Shown: positions 11,546 to 24,696 of the stretch, piece by piece
How positions within the stretch are numbered: the first letter of the stretch is position 1
How the letters are laid out: each line of letters starts with the position of its first letter
DNA from: Chiloscyllium plagiosum
Lineage: Eukaryota
Direction of reading: 5' to 3'
Assembly: GCF_004010195.1 (NCBI RefSeq)
Contig: NC_057750.1
Location: 254,734 to 318,733, forward strand
Length of the DNA stretch: 64,000 nt
Made by a program: the position numbers and the translations under genes
Notes under the pieces: generated by a model
The model's input: the letters and a program-made list of their open reading frames with translations, nothing else
What the model was told of the DNA's origin: nothing
Database searches by the model: none

Positions 11546-14213
11546 ATGTCTTCGGATAATGTGGTTTATACGAAGGTTGGTAGGGTGGAAGGTGAGCACC
11601 AGGGGAGTTCTGTCCTTGTTATGGTTGGAGGGGTGGGGTTTGAGGGCGGAGGGGCGGGATGTGAACGAGATGTGTTGGAGGGCATCTTCAACCATGTGGG
11701 AAGGGAAATTGCAGTCTCTAAAGAAGGAGGCCATCTGGTGTATTCTGTGGTGGAACTGGTCCTCCTGGGAGAAGATACAGCAGAGGTGGAGGAATTGGGA
11801 ATCTGGGATGGCATTTTTGCAAGAGGTAGGGTGGGAAGAGTTGTAATCCAGGTATCTATGTGAGTCGGTGGGTTTAAAAAAAGTCAGTGTCAAATTGGTC
11901 ACCATTAATGGAGATGGAGAGGTCCAGGAAGGGGTGGGAGGTATTAGAAATGGTCCATGTGAATTTAAGGTCAGGGTGGAATGTGTTGGTGAAGTTGATG
12001 AATTGCTCAACCTCCTCATGGGAGCACGAGGTGGCTTCAATGCAGTCATCAATGTAGCGGAGGAAGAGGTGGGGAGTGGTGCTGGTGTAATTACGGAAGA
12101 TCAACTGTTCTATGTAGCCAACAAAGGACAGGCATAGCTGGGGCCCCATTCAGGTGCTCATGGCTACCTCTTTGGTCTGGAGAAAGTGGGAGGATTCGAA
12201 GGAGAAATTGTTAAGGGTGAGGACCAGTTCAGCGAAACAAATGAGTGTGTCAGTGAAAGGGTACTGTTGGGGACGTCGGGAGAGGAAGAAACAGAGGGCA
12301 TGTGCTCCTACAAGCATTTTGAGCTCCAAAAAGTTTTTAAAAATTGTATGTTTATTAATTGATAAAAGCGATTTTAAAAAAGTTATCTGCATCTTTATTC
12401 TTCGAACCAAAGTGAATATATATATATGTTTTATGATGCCCCATGTGTCACATTGTTGTCCAATCTTTTCATGCATCTCCAACTCTCTGTAACTCCTTTG
12501 TGTCTCCTTATAGCTTGCGTTCACAGCTAATTATGTACCATTGGCAAACTTAACTGCATTACTCACTATCTCCTGGTCTCCGTCCTTGATGTAGTCAGGA
12601 GAAGTTGGAGGCCGCTTCACTGATCCTTGCAGCAATACACCAGTTACAGCCTGCCAATGTGAAAATGACAAATTTATTTGTACTCTTTGTACTCTTTCGT
12701 CCTCCAATGAATTTCTAGATTATTATCTGGTACAATCACTTGTGATGAAGGGGAGGACACTATTGTCAAATTTTCTCTTTTAATTCATTGTATGTTTCTT
12801 CAGCTTTTTTCTGTGGGAGATGTCACATTGACAAAGCTTCTTCATTGTTACACTGAGGATGTAAATTCAAACACAGTTCTGAAATATTCTGAGACAATGT
12901 TATTCTGGTACAATGTAACAGTAGACAGCTCTCTATTTATTATGATGACTCTCTCTTTTGCTTAGAAATGACAAAGTTCACCCAATGACCTTTGCCTCCT
13001 CCTCCCAGGACAACATTTAAACATTGCCGTTTGTGTTAATGGCTCCATTTTAATAGCGAATCTACTGAAGTATCTTGCGTTGAACAAGTTTCTCCCTGTA
13101 ACACTGTTTTATGAAGCTCACAAAGATTATAGATACACAGCGATATTTTATTGTTACAAGGTCAGAAATACCCATTTGAATCTCTCAAAATTTGTTGGTT
13201 CCTTTATTCTTGCAGTTAAAACAAGACGAGGGCGGAAGGCTGAACCAATTGGTCAATCCCATTGGACTAACACCCAGCCAACCTAACATTGCTTTGTTGA
13301 ATAGTTTAGATGAAGGCGTATGGTCATAGACAACATCAAGTGGGAGTAACACTGAGAGGGGAAAGTACCTCTAATTAGCAGAGGACAACTTTCAGGATGG
13401 ACTTGTAAATTTTTTGAACTGTGGACGAAATCAATGGAATGCAGTCTTATGAAGGGAGTATCTGCACCACAAACCCTAAGCCTATCCCTCATCCTGCCAG
13501 TATCATCATTGGTTGGTGGGTTTACCAAGGCATCTGCTTCCCAAAAATTCTAAAGTAAGAGTGTGATCAAGCAAAAGATCTATAAGTTGCAGTTAACCTC
13601 TGAATATCATTATCAGGAGTCCTGAAGAAATAGCTATTTTCAATCTGCAGGAATTGCCTACTCTTAGCTTTGGGCTGTCAATTTGAAATTGAAGTTAATG
13701 GCTTGAACAGAATCAATGATGGAGCCAGGATTCTGTTTTATTTCACCCTAGAACAGACAGGAAGCAAAGACTTAATTTCCCTTCACTAACCTCAGTGAAG
13801 AAGAAGTCGGTGAAATGATGACTCCGAGCACTACCTAATTGAACCTAACCCAACCCAATCCAATTCCACGCAACTACCCAACCAAATCCAACCCAACCTC
13901 AACTTTCCCTCTCCTCTTCTCACCTTCCCCTTATACACTGTACCATCTACAATTGCAGTTGGTGAGAAGGCAGGAAGAGCCTTTTCTGTAATTTCTATAT
14001 ATTCTTGCGATCGTCACACTGACCTGTCAACTTTCAGTGTCCAGAGACATATGAGAAATGGTTAACAAGGATGTTGTTAATGGAGAGTCATGGGAATTGT
14101 GTCCAGGATGAGTGGCACCTGTAGAAAAATGGGAAAATCTGGAGCAAAGGAAAGACATTTAATAAAGTGAGCCAATGCTGAATTGTAGAAAGAGTTCATG
14201 TTAATTTATAAGT

Positions 14214-14398
14214 TGTGATCAGAATGAGGTCAGCCAGATGGACTTCATAGATTATGAGTTCCTTGACTGGAGCTGTTAATCTGGCTCTGTTCACTCTGAG
14301 AGGTGGCTCTGAGGGAGCTGGATCAGTGTCAATGACTCTTCATGTGTAAATATAAAGTGAATTTGTGATGGGATACTAGTCTCTGTGGAGCTATTTCA
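14214..14398 (+). mobile_element. Possible solo LTR remnant
   Basis: TG...CA ends (tgtgatc...ctatttca), an AATATAAA/polyA-like motif near the 3' end, flanks aagt/aaat; family recognised only tentatively. Confidence 0.35.
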
Positions 14399-16083
14399 AA
14401 ATCCTCAAGAGCATTTTGCTAATATGTGATTTTAATACATTTCCATTAAGGATATGTAATGATATTCATCAATAAACACATCAGCCTTCCTGTTGTTTTA
14501 TTCCCAGCTGATGTTATGACTGGACAAGTCAAATCTCAGACTGAAATGTGGCTTGATAGATCATATTTTGTTGGTTTGGTTTTAACAATGTGCTCTTTCA
14601 CTTAACACAATTAGATTTAGTTTTAACAATAAAATGTAAGTTTATTTTGTAAAGTAAATTAAAATAAGATTGAATAAACCAAACTATTTGCATCAGACAC
14701 AACTTTACACATATGGTAAAATACATTTCCATTAATCACAACAGTACCCATTTACTGTACTCACACCAGAGAAAAACTCCCTCCTTTAACCCCTGTAAAT
14801 TTAACTGTGTTTTCAATTCACCATCTTGAGTATCTGGTGGCCTCTACCTTGAATCTCCATATACTCTCTCAGCTTCAAATAATCTTTCAGGGTGTTAAAA
14901 AAGCACCTCTGGTCCAGAACTTTAACACTAAACTTCTCACACTTAAGTAGCTTATTTCTTAATTGATCTAAGTTGTATCTCTTCTTTAGCAGTGACTGTT
15001 TTTCACTCACAGCTTCAATCAAAACTTCGCTAAATCTCCCAGCCCATAAAGACTTTCTTCAAGATGTGGGTGTTTGTCCAAAGACAGAGGTATAATTCCA
15101 ATCCAGAGCATTTAACCTGAAACCCGAATGCATTCCTGTTTATTCTGTTCATTCATAAAATAACTCACGCAATGAAAACAAAACCCTTTTACTCCTTTGT
15201 TTCTCTCTTAATGTGCTTTAAATTAAATCACATGGCTGCTAACAAGTTAATCATTAAATACTTCCATAAGCACAGACTGAACACACATACGACTGTTTCA
15301 AAATCCAAACTTCAAAATAAATATATAAATTGCCCGTTTGCATCACTACGTCTGTAGACTGTTTTTTTTTAATGTGAGAATTTTATTTTAAATTGATGGC
15401 AACAGCTTCTTGGGATAATGCAGAGAGGACGTTATGGGGGTGATTGAGATCATTGGATTCAGGCTGGAGCATTTCTGATATTTGGTTCAATCATTTTTTT
15501 TGTCTGTCTGAAGACTTTTCTGCTGTTTCCTGTAAAAAGTGTAGAAAATCTAGTAAGGCCAATATCGCTGCTAATTAGAATGTCAGTCATAAAACCTTCA
15601 CTTATAAAGGCCCCAGAGAAAATCCATGTGAAAATCAGGAAAATAATTATAAAGACAAGATGAAGCAAAAAAGAATATTAGGGAAATATGTTCATTCTAT
15701 ACCCCTGTATATTTCCTCACGCTGGGACACATACATCACTCTGGGGTTGCTAACTTTCATTTCAGGACTCTGTCTGGTACACCTTGCCCAGGGACAAGAA
15801 CCTTGGAACATTTTACTACATAAAAGGTGCTAGGAAAATGCACATTGTTGTCATTTTGTGTTAATGATGGGAGTGATGGCTGTAAGGATTTGACTATTAC
15901 TTCTCCAGCCCTACCTGGAAATGTTGAGAAATCGACACCGTCTCCAAGGACTCAATGGAGAGAGGAACCGTTGCAATGGACATGGTGCTGAAGGAAGAAG
16001 GGGATTGCATGGGACTAGGGCAGGAGACAGTGTTTTCAGAGAATGTGGAAGAGACAGAATTTCCCGAAAGGACAGCATGGCCA

Positions 16084-16465
16084 GAACGAAAAGAACAAAG
16101 AAAATTTACAGCCCAGGAACAGGCCTTTTGGCCCTCCAAGCCTGAGCTGATCCAAATCCACTAGGCAAAACTGAGGGCTGCAGATGCTGGAAACCAGAGT
16201 TTAGATCAGACTGGTGCTGGAAAAGCACAACAGGTCAGGTCGATTTTCCTGCTCCTCAGATGCTGCCTGACCTGCTGTGCCTTTCCAGCCCTGATCCAAA
16301 TCCACTGTCTAAATCTATTGTCCAATTCCTAAGCATCTGTATCCCTCTGTTCCCCACCTACTCATGCATCTGTTGAGATGCATCTTGAATGAATCCACCG
16401 TGCCTGCCTGTACTACCTCTGCTGGAATCATGTATCAGGTACCTACCACCCTCTGTGTAAAGTAC
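16084..16465 (-). mobile_element. CR1 3' end, interrupted by a PLE fold-back
   Basis: (aaagaac)n tail, caggccttttggccc stem, tactacctctgctgg...accaccctctgtgt. Confidence 0.8.
16163..16290. mobile_element. Fold-back PLE terminal-repeat unit with 16-bp TSD (hammerhead core deleted)
   Basis: gctggaaaagcacaacaggtcagg versus cctgacctgctgtgcctttccagc; TSD ctgatccaaatccact at 16147-16162 and 16291-16306. Confidence 0.85.
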
Positions 16466-16525
16466 TTAGAGGGTGGTCGGTGCCTGGAATGGCTGAATAG
16501 TTGAAGGATATTCACTAAATACAAA

Positions 16526-16620
16526 GGTGAGAGTATTCCTACCTCTGGGCTATAAAGGACTGGGTTCCAAACCCCTCTGCTCGAGAGGTGTAATACATAT
16601 CTGAACTGTTTGATTAAGAA
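16526..16620 (+). mobile_element. Short tRNA-head SINE-like repeat (second copy ~47745-47850)
   Basis: B-box-like gggttccaa/gggttcaag followed by the shared gaggtgt...atXXctgaac...tgattaa in both copies. Confidence 0.4.
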
Positions 16621-17999
16621 TATCTACCCCCACAAAGATACAAACAGTAATGGGATGACCAATTAATACCACACAGCACTCGGACAGTAGTAAAAAGGAA
16701 CATAACATCATGTGAATTCATTTTTCCTCCCACCCCTCCCTTCCCCTCCCCTCCCCTCCCCCCATTATTAGTTGATTGTAAATCACAAACCTCCACTGAC
16801 ACACCAATAGCTCCCACATTAGGAGTGCTTTTTGAACCAGATTTTGATGGCAATTTGTAAATGGAGTCTCATACCTTCAGGAGGGACAGTGGGATGGGAA
16901 GAGGAAATAAAGTGGCATTTTCCAAGTAAATTAGCCCAATTTATCATCACAATGTTGAGAGACCTTCATTACTCAGGAACGTCATCTTAGGTGCTCATAA
17001 ATGACTATTTCTTCTCATGTGGATTATAAATGCGATCTCAGTATTTTGAAATCCTATTGACTCAAGCATTCATCTTCCGGCACCACCATTTCTTACCTTA
17101 ATCAACGGTGAGTGACAAAATGTACTTGTGGATGATAAACGATCAAAAACAGGTTTGTTTACAATGTGTAAATGAATTTGGAATTTGAAGGTTGTCTAAT
17201 ACCTGTTACCCAGGTGCTGAGTATAGTTCAGTGGGTTCCAAAACCACACATCAGCCAGCTCCTAATTATATTAAAGAGCCAGTGAGTGAATATTTGTTTT
17301 TCTTTGTGAGTTGAAGTTGATATTAATCATTTATAACCACAGTGGTAGAGGCCATGGAGAACTGAAGATTTTGATTCTTTCAAAGCTCATCTTAATGATC
17401 CACTTGGTGTTTGCAAATTGCAAAATTCACTCGATGCCTGCGTCAGGGTAAACAAATGATGTTGCTGTGACTTTGTGAAATGAGCAATATGAAAGCCCAC
17501 AGTACTTCAGGGAGAGATCGGAGGAGCCCAGAGTGTAATAGAATTTGCATGTTATTTATCAGAAAACCAGCACTGCAAGACTTCAAGAACTATTGATGGA
17601 TAGGTTATAAAAAAAAGGCAGGAAAAGAAAGCTGAATGCTTCAACAATAGAATAATCAGTTTCAAACAAAGACACATTACCTGTCGAGACTTGTTCAGCC
17701 CTTCAGGGTCGCTCAGGGTCAGAATTTCACTTTCTAATTTATTATTTGCTCCCAGTGTTCTTCTGAGAATGGTTTTATTTGGATTTTTTTTCCAGAAATC
17801 ACATTAAAAATTAATATGATGCTGTGGGACTGTTTTAGGGGTGGTATCACTCTTGTGACCATGCCTTGCATCATGGCTCAGTTGAAAACAGTTTGCTGAT
17901 TCTGACGACCAGACTGATACCACACTGAACAGATCCCCTCTAATGCACACACACACACACGCCCTACCCTTGAGAGATGGAGAGTATGAATCCTGAATC

Positions 18000-18218
18000 A
18001 TCTAACCCTAAAAAAGCCAATGATCCTTTGAAGCTCTTTGGTTGAAAAGATGGAGGAATTGGGGACATTGAGTATATTTAAGATGGAGGTGAATAGATTT
18101 GTGTTGGGCAACGGCAGTCAAAGGGCTTTCAGGAGTAGATGGGAAGGAGGAATTCAAACACAAGCACAAGGCTAAAACAAACTCAAGGAGCCAAATGGTC
18201 TTCATATGTTCCTATGTT
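18000..18218 (+). mobile_element. Old CR1 3' end
   Basis: attgagtatatttaagatggaggtgaatagatttgt...atgttcctatgtt. Confidence 0.65.
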
Positions 18219-18278
18219 GTATGTTTTTATGATATAGTTAGGATCATCACAGTCATCCCTGGGTTTTATGACCAAAGT

Positions 18279-18349
18279 AGCAATTGTTGGAAAAACATCT
18301 GTGGAGAGAAATCAGAGTTAACATTTTGGGTGGAGTGATCCTTCCTCAG
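18279..18349 (-). mobile_element. Degenerate PLE terminal repeat (family D; related pieces at ~18580-18710, 22845-23005, 50229-50320, 54397-54490)
   Basis: ggagagaaatcagagttaacattttgggt...ccttcctcag; the reverse strand gives a decayed CTGAGGA-stem-GAAACGTT layout. Confidence 0.55.
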
Positions 18350-21300
18350 TATCATGGGTTTTAGTATCAGACCAGTGTTTGTACAAACCAAGCCATTGTT
18401 AGATCCTATCAATGTACATTAATACGGCTCTGGTCAAGATTTCATGATCCAATGTGTTTAACAGCTTTATGTGTATTTGACCAAAACAAACCAAATGTGT
18501 GAAGCAAAGTTGCATTAGCAGTTATGAGAGAATGCACACATCTGATGATAGAACCCCTGGTTAATATGGATCAGATAGAAGCAAACGCAGAGAAAGCTGG
18601 CAGCATCTGGGGAGAGAGAAACAGAGTTAACACTTTGAATCCATAATGATTTTTCCTCAGAATTGCACATTTTCTGTGTTTGTGTCAGATTTCCCTCGGC
18701 AGTATTTTTCTTTTTTGATTTGATGCAGGTTGAGTTGAGGAACCACTGAGTCAGCTTCAGTTACAGAGTTGGAATACTGTAACCGGACTTCAGCAATGAA
18801 AAAGGGAAGAAGTCACTGAAGACTGAATTCCCCCTTCTGATTGCTAATCAAAAAAGGGATCTAGGGAAAGGAATAGACAATTCAGCCCCTTGAGCTTGGT
18901 TTTCCATGGAATAAGGTGACGACTGATCTGATTGTGACCTCATCCACTTTCCTGTCTGTCTCCCCTAATTGTTGTCCTCCTTGTAGATCAAAAATCTATT
19001 TAACTCAGTCATCAATTTATAAAATAGCCTATTGATCTCTGCTGGAGGAAAATGTTTGAGATTGTTGATTGTGTTTGATGTGGTAGATTTATCTGTTCAC
19101 TAATTCAGACTCTCTTTAGGTCCCTGATGATTTACTCATCCAAATGACTAGCTTCAGTCTTCTCCTTTCACAATATTCTTCGGTGTGCCTCAACAGTCTG
19201 TGCCTACATCGTGAACATTTAGTCAGCTGTGATTGATTTAATCGCTTGTATTAGATTCTGTTCAATCTATGGATCTACTTAAAACTTTCTGCAAATGGAT
19301 TATAGAATGGTCCCGAGATCTGGCTCACTCTGGGCAGGCATGTTCTGAATGTTCCTCAGGGCTGAAATGACACAAAAGTATAACATCATTGTGCTACAAT
19401 CTGTCAGTCAATAATCCTTCCTGATCTCCTTCATCATTTATTCACTTCCTTTTCTTGGTTCATCACAGCTACTTTCACTTTCAAACACAATAGGAAGAAA
19501 TTCTAGAAGAAATCCTTTCAAAGGAACCAGCTGAAGTCTCCCAATGTGTTCCAAGAGCTGGATCCTGTATTATAAAACACTAAGTGATAGTGTGTTTATT
19601 TTTTACCAAAGGAATGAAAACAGACACTGCACAAATGCACGCTAGTTTGAGCATCTGGATTTAGTGCTGAATTTTGGTCCCATTATGGATTGCCAGAATT
19701 TCTGAATCAGAAACCTGAAGGGTTAACATCATTTTCATCAAGTGCTTTTCCTATGCTCCTCACACATACCTCCACGGAACGAGTGAAGATTGGTTGTCAA
19801 TGGGAAGAGCAGTACTGTAGCAGTGTCGACTGGAGATATGCATCAGGATGCAACAGAAATCCTGGTACCCCTGAATATTCAGGAATTTTCTGGGAACTTT
19901 ACACATGTCGTGGACAATTACCTGTTGTCTGGAATTCCCCAAAAAAGTCTCCAGCTTTGAATTAGAATCACAGACTTCCAAAGATTTCAACTCACTTCCC
20001 CAAGTAGTGACTCAGAGAAGATTTAATGTAAATAAAAAAAAGGCTCGAACTCCTCGGTAACCATAAAACTGAAAACCTGGCTCAATGCCAACACTTCTGA
20101 TCCTCCTCTACAACTCTGAAAGCCTCCCCACTCCGATTGGACCCTTCCTGATTACACCAATCCCAATATCTCAACCTAGTGACCAGAGTGACACCCTCCT
20201 AATCTGACCTATCCCAATGTCCCCTCAACCATCTGTCATCCCAACCAGATGCCTGCCTACCTCTTACCCAGCAACATAACCACCATTCCACACATGAACT
20301 TGCTGTCGACGCAGTTAGGGAAGGTTTGATCAGCTGATTCCTGAAATAAAGGTATTGCATTAAGAGAAAAGGCTGATCAAATTAGGCCTACACTTTTCTG
20401 GGTCCAATTATACTCTTGATGGTGAGGTATAATCAATAATTTAGCAGAATGACTGATGTGATCTACCATGGTGAGTTCTTCTTCATCTTCCTGATTAGGT
20501 GTGTTATACAGACCTGATAGATGGAAACCAATGACGGAGGTCCATCTCCTCCACTGGGAGATAAACATGTCACTGTGGGGAAGGTTTACTTTTAGGAAGG
20601 GAATCTTTGAAAAGTAATCAAGGTGAACAATGGCACTGAGCAGGAAAGCAGATTTACGATTGTCCCAGCATCTCACCTTTCCTTGTAAACATAGAAAAAA
20701 CATATTTCATCAACAGGAATGATAAGCCACTAGGGACACCAGGATCCCACAAACTGACATAAGAGAATGACGAGGATAAACTGCACAGAATCAGACCATT
20801 TGGAAATCAGTTTCCGCAAGTGTTTATATCCACTTAGGCCTTCACACCTCAATCTATCTTTGTAAGGCTCTGTTCCCTTCTCCCTCACCTTTTTGTCTAG
20901 CTTTCCTTGAATGTATCAATGCTATTCACGTTATCCAATGTCATGTGGTTTCACATTCTCCTCTTTTTTGGAGAAAGACTTTTCTCCTGAATTCTCGATT
21001 GGATTTCTTGATCAATATCCTATATCAATGTGTTAGAACTCTCGCTGACTTTTCATTATTTTATTCCTTTATCCATTTTGGTTTTTTAGCTTTGATCTGG
21101 ATGTAGTGAGTTGAAGGTGACTTGTGGACTTTGGAAACAATTTGAGGTAACAGGAAAACAACAGACCAAATAAGCTTCTGTTGGCTTGGTGGGGGGTGGC
21201 AGGTCTGGAGGTTAATTGCAGGCTGAGTATTGATTAAAATTGTTTCTACAGACACTGCAACCCCTGGCTAAACAGACAGCAGAAGTTTATTATTAACAAG

Positions 21301-21877
21301 GTCAGCACCTGGAAATTGGTTCCGGCAAGTCTGGAACAAACCCCATGTTCAAGCAGATGACAGATGTTGAATGGTAATTGAGGCATTGGAAAAGATGGTC
21401 ACCATCTCAGGATGGAACCAGAGTTGAAATTAGTTTTTGTATTAGCTGTATTTTCTGGAAGGAATGAGTTTAGCTGCTGACAACACCGTATGAAGATTTG
21501 AAAGCTCGGAGCTTAATCTCCCATACCAGCTTTGGAAAGCTCAGGGAGTAGAAAGCTGAGTTAGAAATATTACTCTTTGTACCTGAGTGAACTGAGAAGG
21601 TGACCCTGATAGACATTTCCAGAAAAGCAACAGAAGAGTCCACATCCCGGCCTCTGAAATGGTGCATTGTGAAAACCATTTAATTAATCAGGTCAGTTTT
21701 GTTACTTTTTTTTACTTATCCCATAACTGTGTCTGTCCGGCTTTTGTATGAATGGGGACCGTAGATGAATGTTTCAGGTTTGAAGCACAGAAATTCATCA
21801 GATTACTTTGTTGTTGTTTTTTTATCTGCTAAAGTTATTGTGTATTTAACTAATTGTTAAGTCTTTTGTTTAAGATA

Positions 21878-22071
21878 CAAACTGGTATTTGGAATTAATT
21901 TTTCACACAGTCTATAAATGATTATTCAGAAGACTGTCAATGAGTGTCAATGGTGGATGGAGTGTATGTTTGTGGATGTGGTGGCAATCAAGCAGGGGCT
22001 GCTTCTTTATTGTTGTCAAACTGGTATTTGGAATTAATTTTTCACACAGTCTATAAATGATTATTCAGAAG
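21878..22071. repeat. Perfect 55-bp direct duplication flanking an 84-bp templated inverted insert
   Basis: 21878-21932 equals 22017-22071; 21941-22016 is the reverse complement of 23237-23312 (75/76 identical). Confidence 0.95.
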
Positions 22072-23049
22072 TCTGGTTTGGAACCATTGGAGTAACTAAT
22101 GGAAGTCTTTGATGGATTGTGCTGACTGTGTTGAAAATACAGAGGTAGAAAGGCTGATTTGGTTTATCTGTCTGTCTCTGTGTAGTGACAAATGGTCTCT
22201 AGCTATGCCTTTTCTACAAGACAAAACATTGACCCAGAATTTCTGATTGGCTTTGGAGATTTTCCCACCAATTTCACTTATAGGAAGAAGCATTCACTAA
22301 CCAGCCTGTCCTTTTCATGGCCAGTCTTCTGATAGTGATCACTTACTGGAGTCTCTGTGGTATCAGCTCCCATGTTCTATTCTCTGTAAACTGGAATTCA
22401 TCCAAATCTCTGTCTTACCCTGGACCCCTGTCACCAGTGAATTGGCTGACCCACATTCATTCCAGCCGTGCAACACTGTCATTGTAAAATTCTACCTCCT
22501 TGTTTTCAATCTCTCATCCTCACCTTTCCCTCTATTTCAGACTCATCCTGTATCACAGCCTCCTGGGGTCTCTGCATTCTCTAATGCTAGCTTCTTCAAC
22601 ATGCCTCACTTTAATTGCTCCAAAGTTAGCAGCTTCTCTCCTTGAACCTCTACTCTTTTTATTCCCTGTTCATCATTTAAGGCACTTTTGAAATGTATTC
22701 CTATGGCCACATTACTCACCACCTATTTATCATCATCTTAAGCTGATTGATTGCAGGCAAGCAAACCTCATAACAAACAAACATAAGGTACCGAGAATTG
22801 CCAATGAGGACCGAATTAAACAAAAAATAAACTAAGAACTGAGTATGCTGAAAACCTGAAACAAAAACAGAAATTGCTGGAGAAACTCAGCAACAGTGGA
22901 GAGAAAAACAGAGTTAATGTTTCAGCTTCCTCTTCAGAACTGAAGAAGGGTCAATGGTCCTGACTTGTAAACTCTGCTGCTGAGTTTTTCCAGAATTTCT
23001 AAATCCAGCAATTAGTCTTTGACATACAATGGACTAAAACCCCCATGAT

Positions 23050-23510
23050 TAACAATATGGGAGTTACCATTGACCAAAATCTGAATGGGATCAGCCATAC
23101 ATTGGTGAGAAAAGCAGGTCAGAGACAAGGAATCCTTCAGTCAGTAACTCACCTCCTGATTCCCCTAAGCCTGTCCACCATCTTCTAGGCACATGTTATG
23201 AAATACTCCCCATGTGCTTGGATGGGTACAGCTCCAACAACAGTAAAGAAGCAGCCCCTGCTTGATTGCCACCACATCCACAAACATACACTCCATCCAC
23301 CATTGACACTCAGTAGCAGCAGTGTGTACCATCTACAAAACTCACTGCAGAAATTCACCAAAGTCCATCAGACATCATCTTCCAAATTTTTGACCACTTC
23401 CATCTAGAAGGTCAAGGGGAACAGATTCATGGGAACACCCTTAATGCCGCTCACCTTCCTGATTTGGAATATAACTGGGTCAAAACTTTGGAACTCCCTT
23501 GATTAATATT
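23050..23510 (+). mobile_element. Old LINE (second family, CR1/L2-clade-like) ORF2 C-terminal fragment
   Basis: GVTIDQNL, MKYSPCAWMG, ctgtccaccatct, gtgtaccatctacaa; related to 30060-30390, 38805-38970 and 57820-58060. Confidence 0.65.
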
Positions 23511-23804
23511 GCTGTGACATTCCTTGGAAAGTTTTTGTCCAGTAACAATTCTATGCAAATGCAATTTGTTGTTGCGAGATATTGAGCTACTACTTAATGT
23601 GACAGTTGTCCAGAGATTGAAATAAAGTGAATCGACCTGTTGCATTTGTGTCTATCTCTTTGTCCAGTCAGATGTTGCAATGTTCTAAAGAACTCCATCA
23701 TCAAGAGCAGGCATTGCAAACAAATAGATTATGAGACCTAGGAGATCATGTTGATCTGATAGAATAGATTAGTACAACATCTGCTCCTTTCACCTCTTTA
23801 TTCT

Positions 23805-24130
23805 TTCATAGGATATGGGCATCACTTGCAGGGTCAGCATTTTTTGTCCATCTTAATTGCCCTTGAACTGAACATTTTGCTCAGATATTTCAGCGGGGCA
23901 GTTAAAAATGAACTCTATTACTGTGGGTTTGGAGTCACATGTAGGCCAGACCAAGTAAGGATGGAAGATTTCCTTCCCTGATGGTCATTAGTAACATGGG
24001 TTTTTGCAACAATCAATGATAGTTTCATGGTCATGATTAGTGAGACAGACTTCCAATTTCAGATTTATTAATTGAATCAATTTTAAATTCTACAAGTTGC
24101 AGTAATGGGCATTTAATCCCTATCTCCTGG
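23805..24130 (-). mobile_element. Second-family LINE 3' fragment
   Basis: ggatatgggcatcact...cttaattgcccttga...ggagtcacatgtaggccagacc. Confidence 0.55.
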
Positions 24131-24154
24131 AGTCCATTTTATGACCATCTCCAG

Positions 24155-24655
24155 CGCAGCTGGATCACAGCATCCAGTTCTGGGAGCCACACTTTGAGAA
24201 GAAAGTGACAGTGTTGGAAAGAATGGAGAGTGATCCCTACAACTGATGGTGATCCCTACAACTGATGGTGATATCTTGGAGAATCTGACCCGATACTCAT
24301 TGGAAAGAGATGTTCAACTGTATGAGAGATCTGGGCATGGTGGGTGAATTAAGACTATTCCTAATCCTGAAAGGATCAAGGATGAGAGGGCACAGATTTA
24401 AAGTAATTTGCAAAGGAAGCAACAGTGAAATGAGAAGAATCCTGTTCGTGCAGTGAGTGGTTAGACTCTGGGATGCTTAGGCTGAGAATGTAGTAGCAGC
24501 AGGTTCAATCAAAACGTTCAAAGAAAAAGATTAGATGGTTATTTGTAAAAGCAACAATGTTCAGCATTACAGGGAGAAGACCAGTGGGCAAATGATCATT
24601 CAGAAAGTTGACTGACATGATACACTGAATGGCCTGCTTTTGTAACAGTTCTGTA
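24155..24655 (+). mobile_element. Highly diverged CR1 3' part
   Basis: catccagttctgggagccacactttgagaag, gggcacagatttaaagtaatt, gaatgtagtagcagcaggttcaatc; includes a 19-bp tandem duplication at 24230-24267. Confidence 0.65.
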
Positions 24656-24696
24656 CGCGATACAAAGAATGCACAATGCTCACATTGTTCGTAAAA

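Larger units (their letters stand above)
10916..12300 (-). mobile_element. Penelope-like retroelement, 5'-truncated (RT C-terminal half, GIY-YIG end, terminal repeat)
   Basis: LTLNNFSF...FLQTKEVAM, FLRYIDDCI (catalytic), KPTDSHRYLDYNSSHP, RTPLVLTFHP; after the gap the reverse strand gives TRRLEEERLIFRLETLQPQGINVDF; terminal repeat at 10916-11045. Confidence 0.92.

Noticed and set aside
14511..15355. Possible long solo LTRs (also ~21030-21880 and ~26690-27990)
   Set aside because: Texture and TG-like starts are suggestive, but I could not fix the termini, TSD, PBS or a second copy.
17680..17765. Possible minus-strand exon (RTLGANNKLESEILTLSDPEGLNKSRQ|gtaatg)
   Set aside because: Good donor but weak acceptor, no recognisable protein, and no partner exons.
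20377..20703. 108-aa minus ORF with an EDEEE patch
   Set aside because: No domain or splice support.
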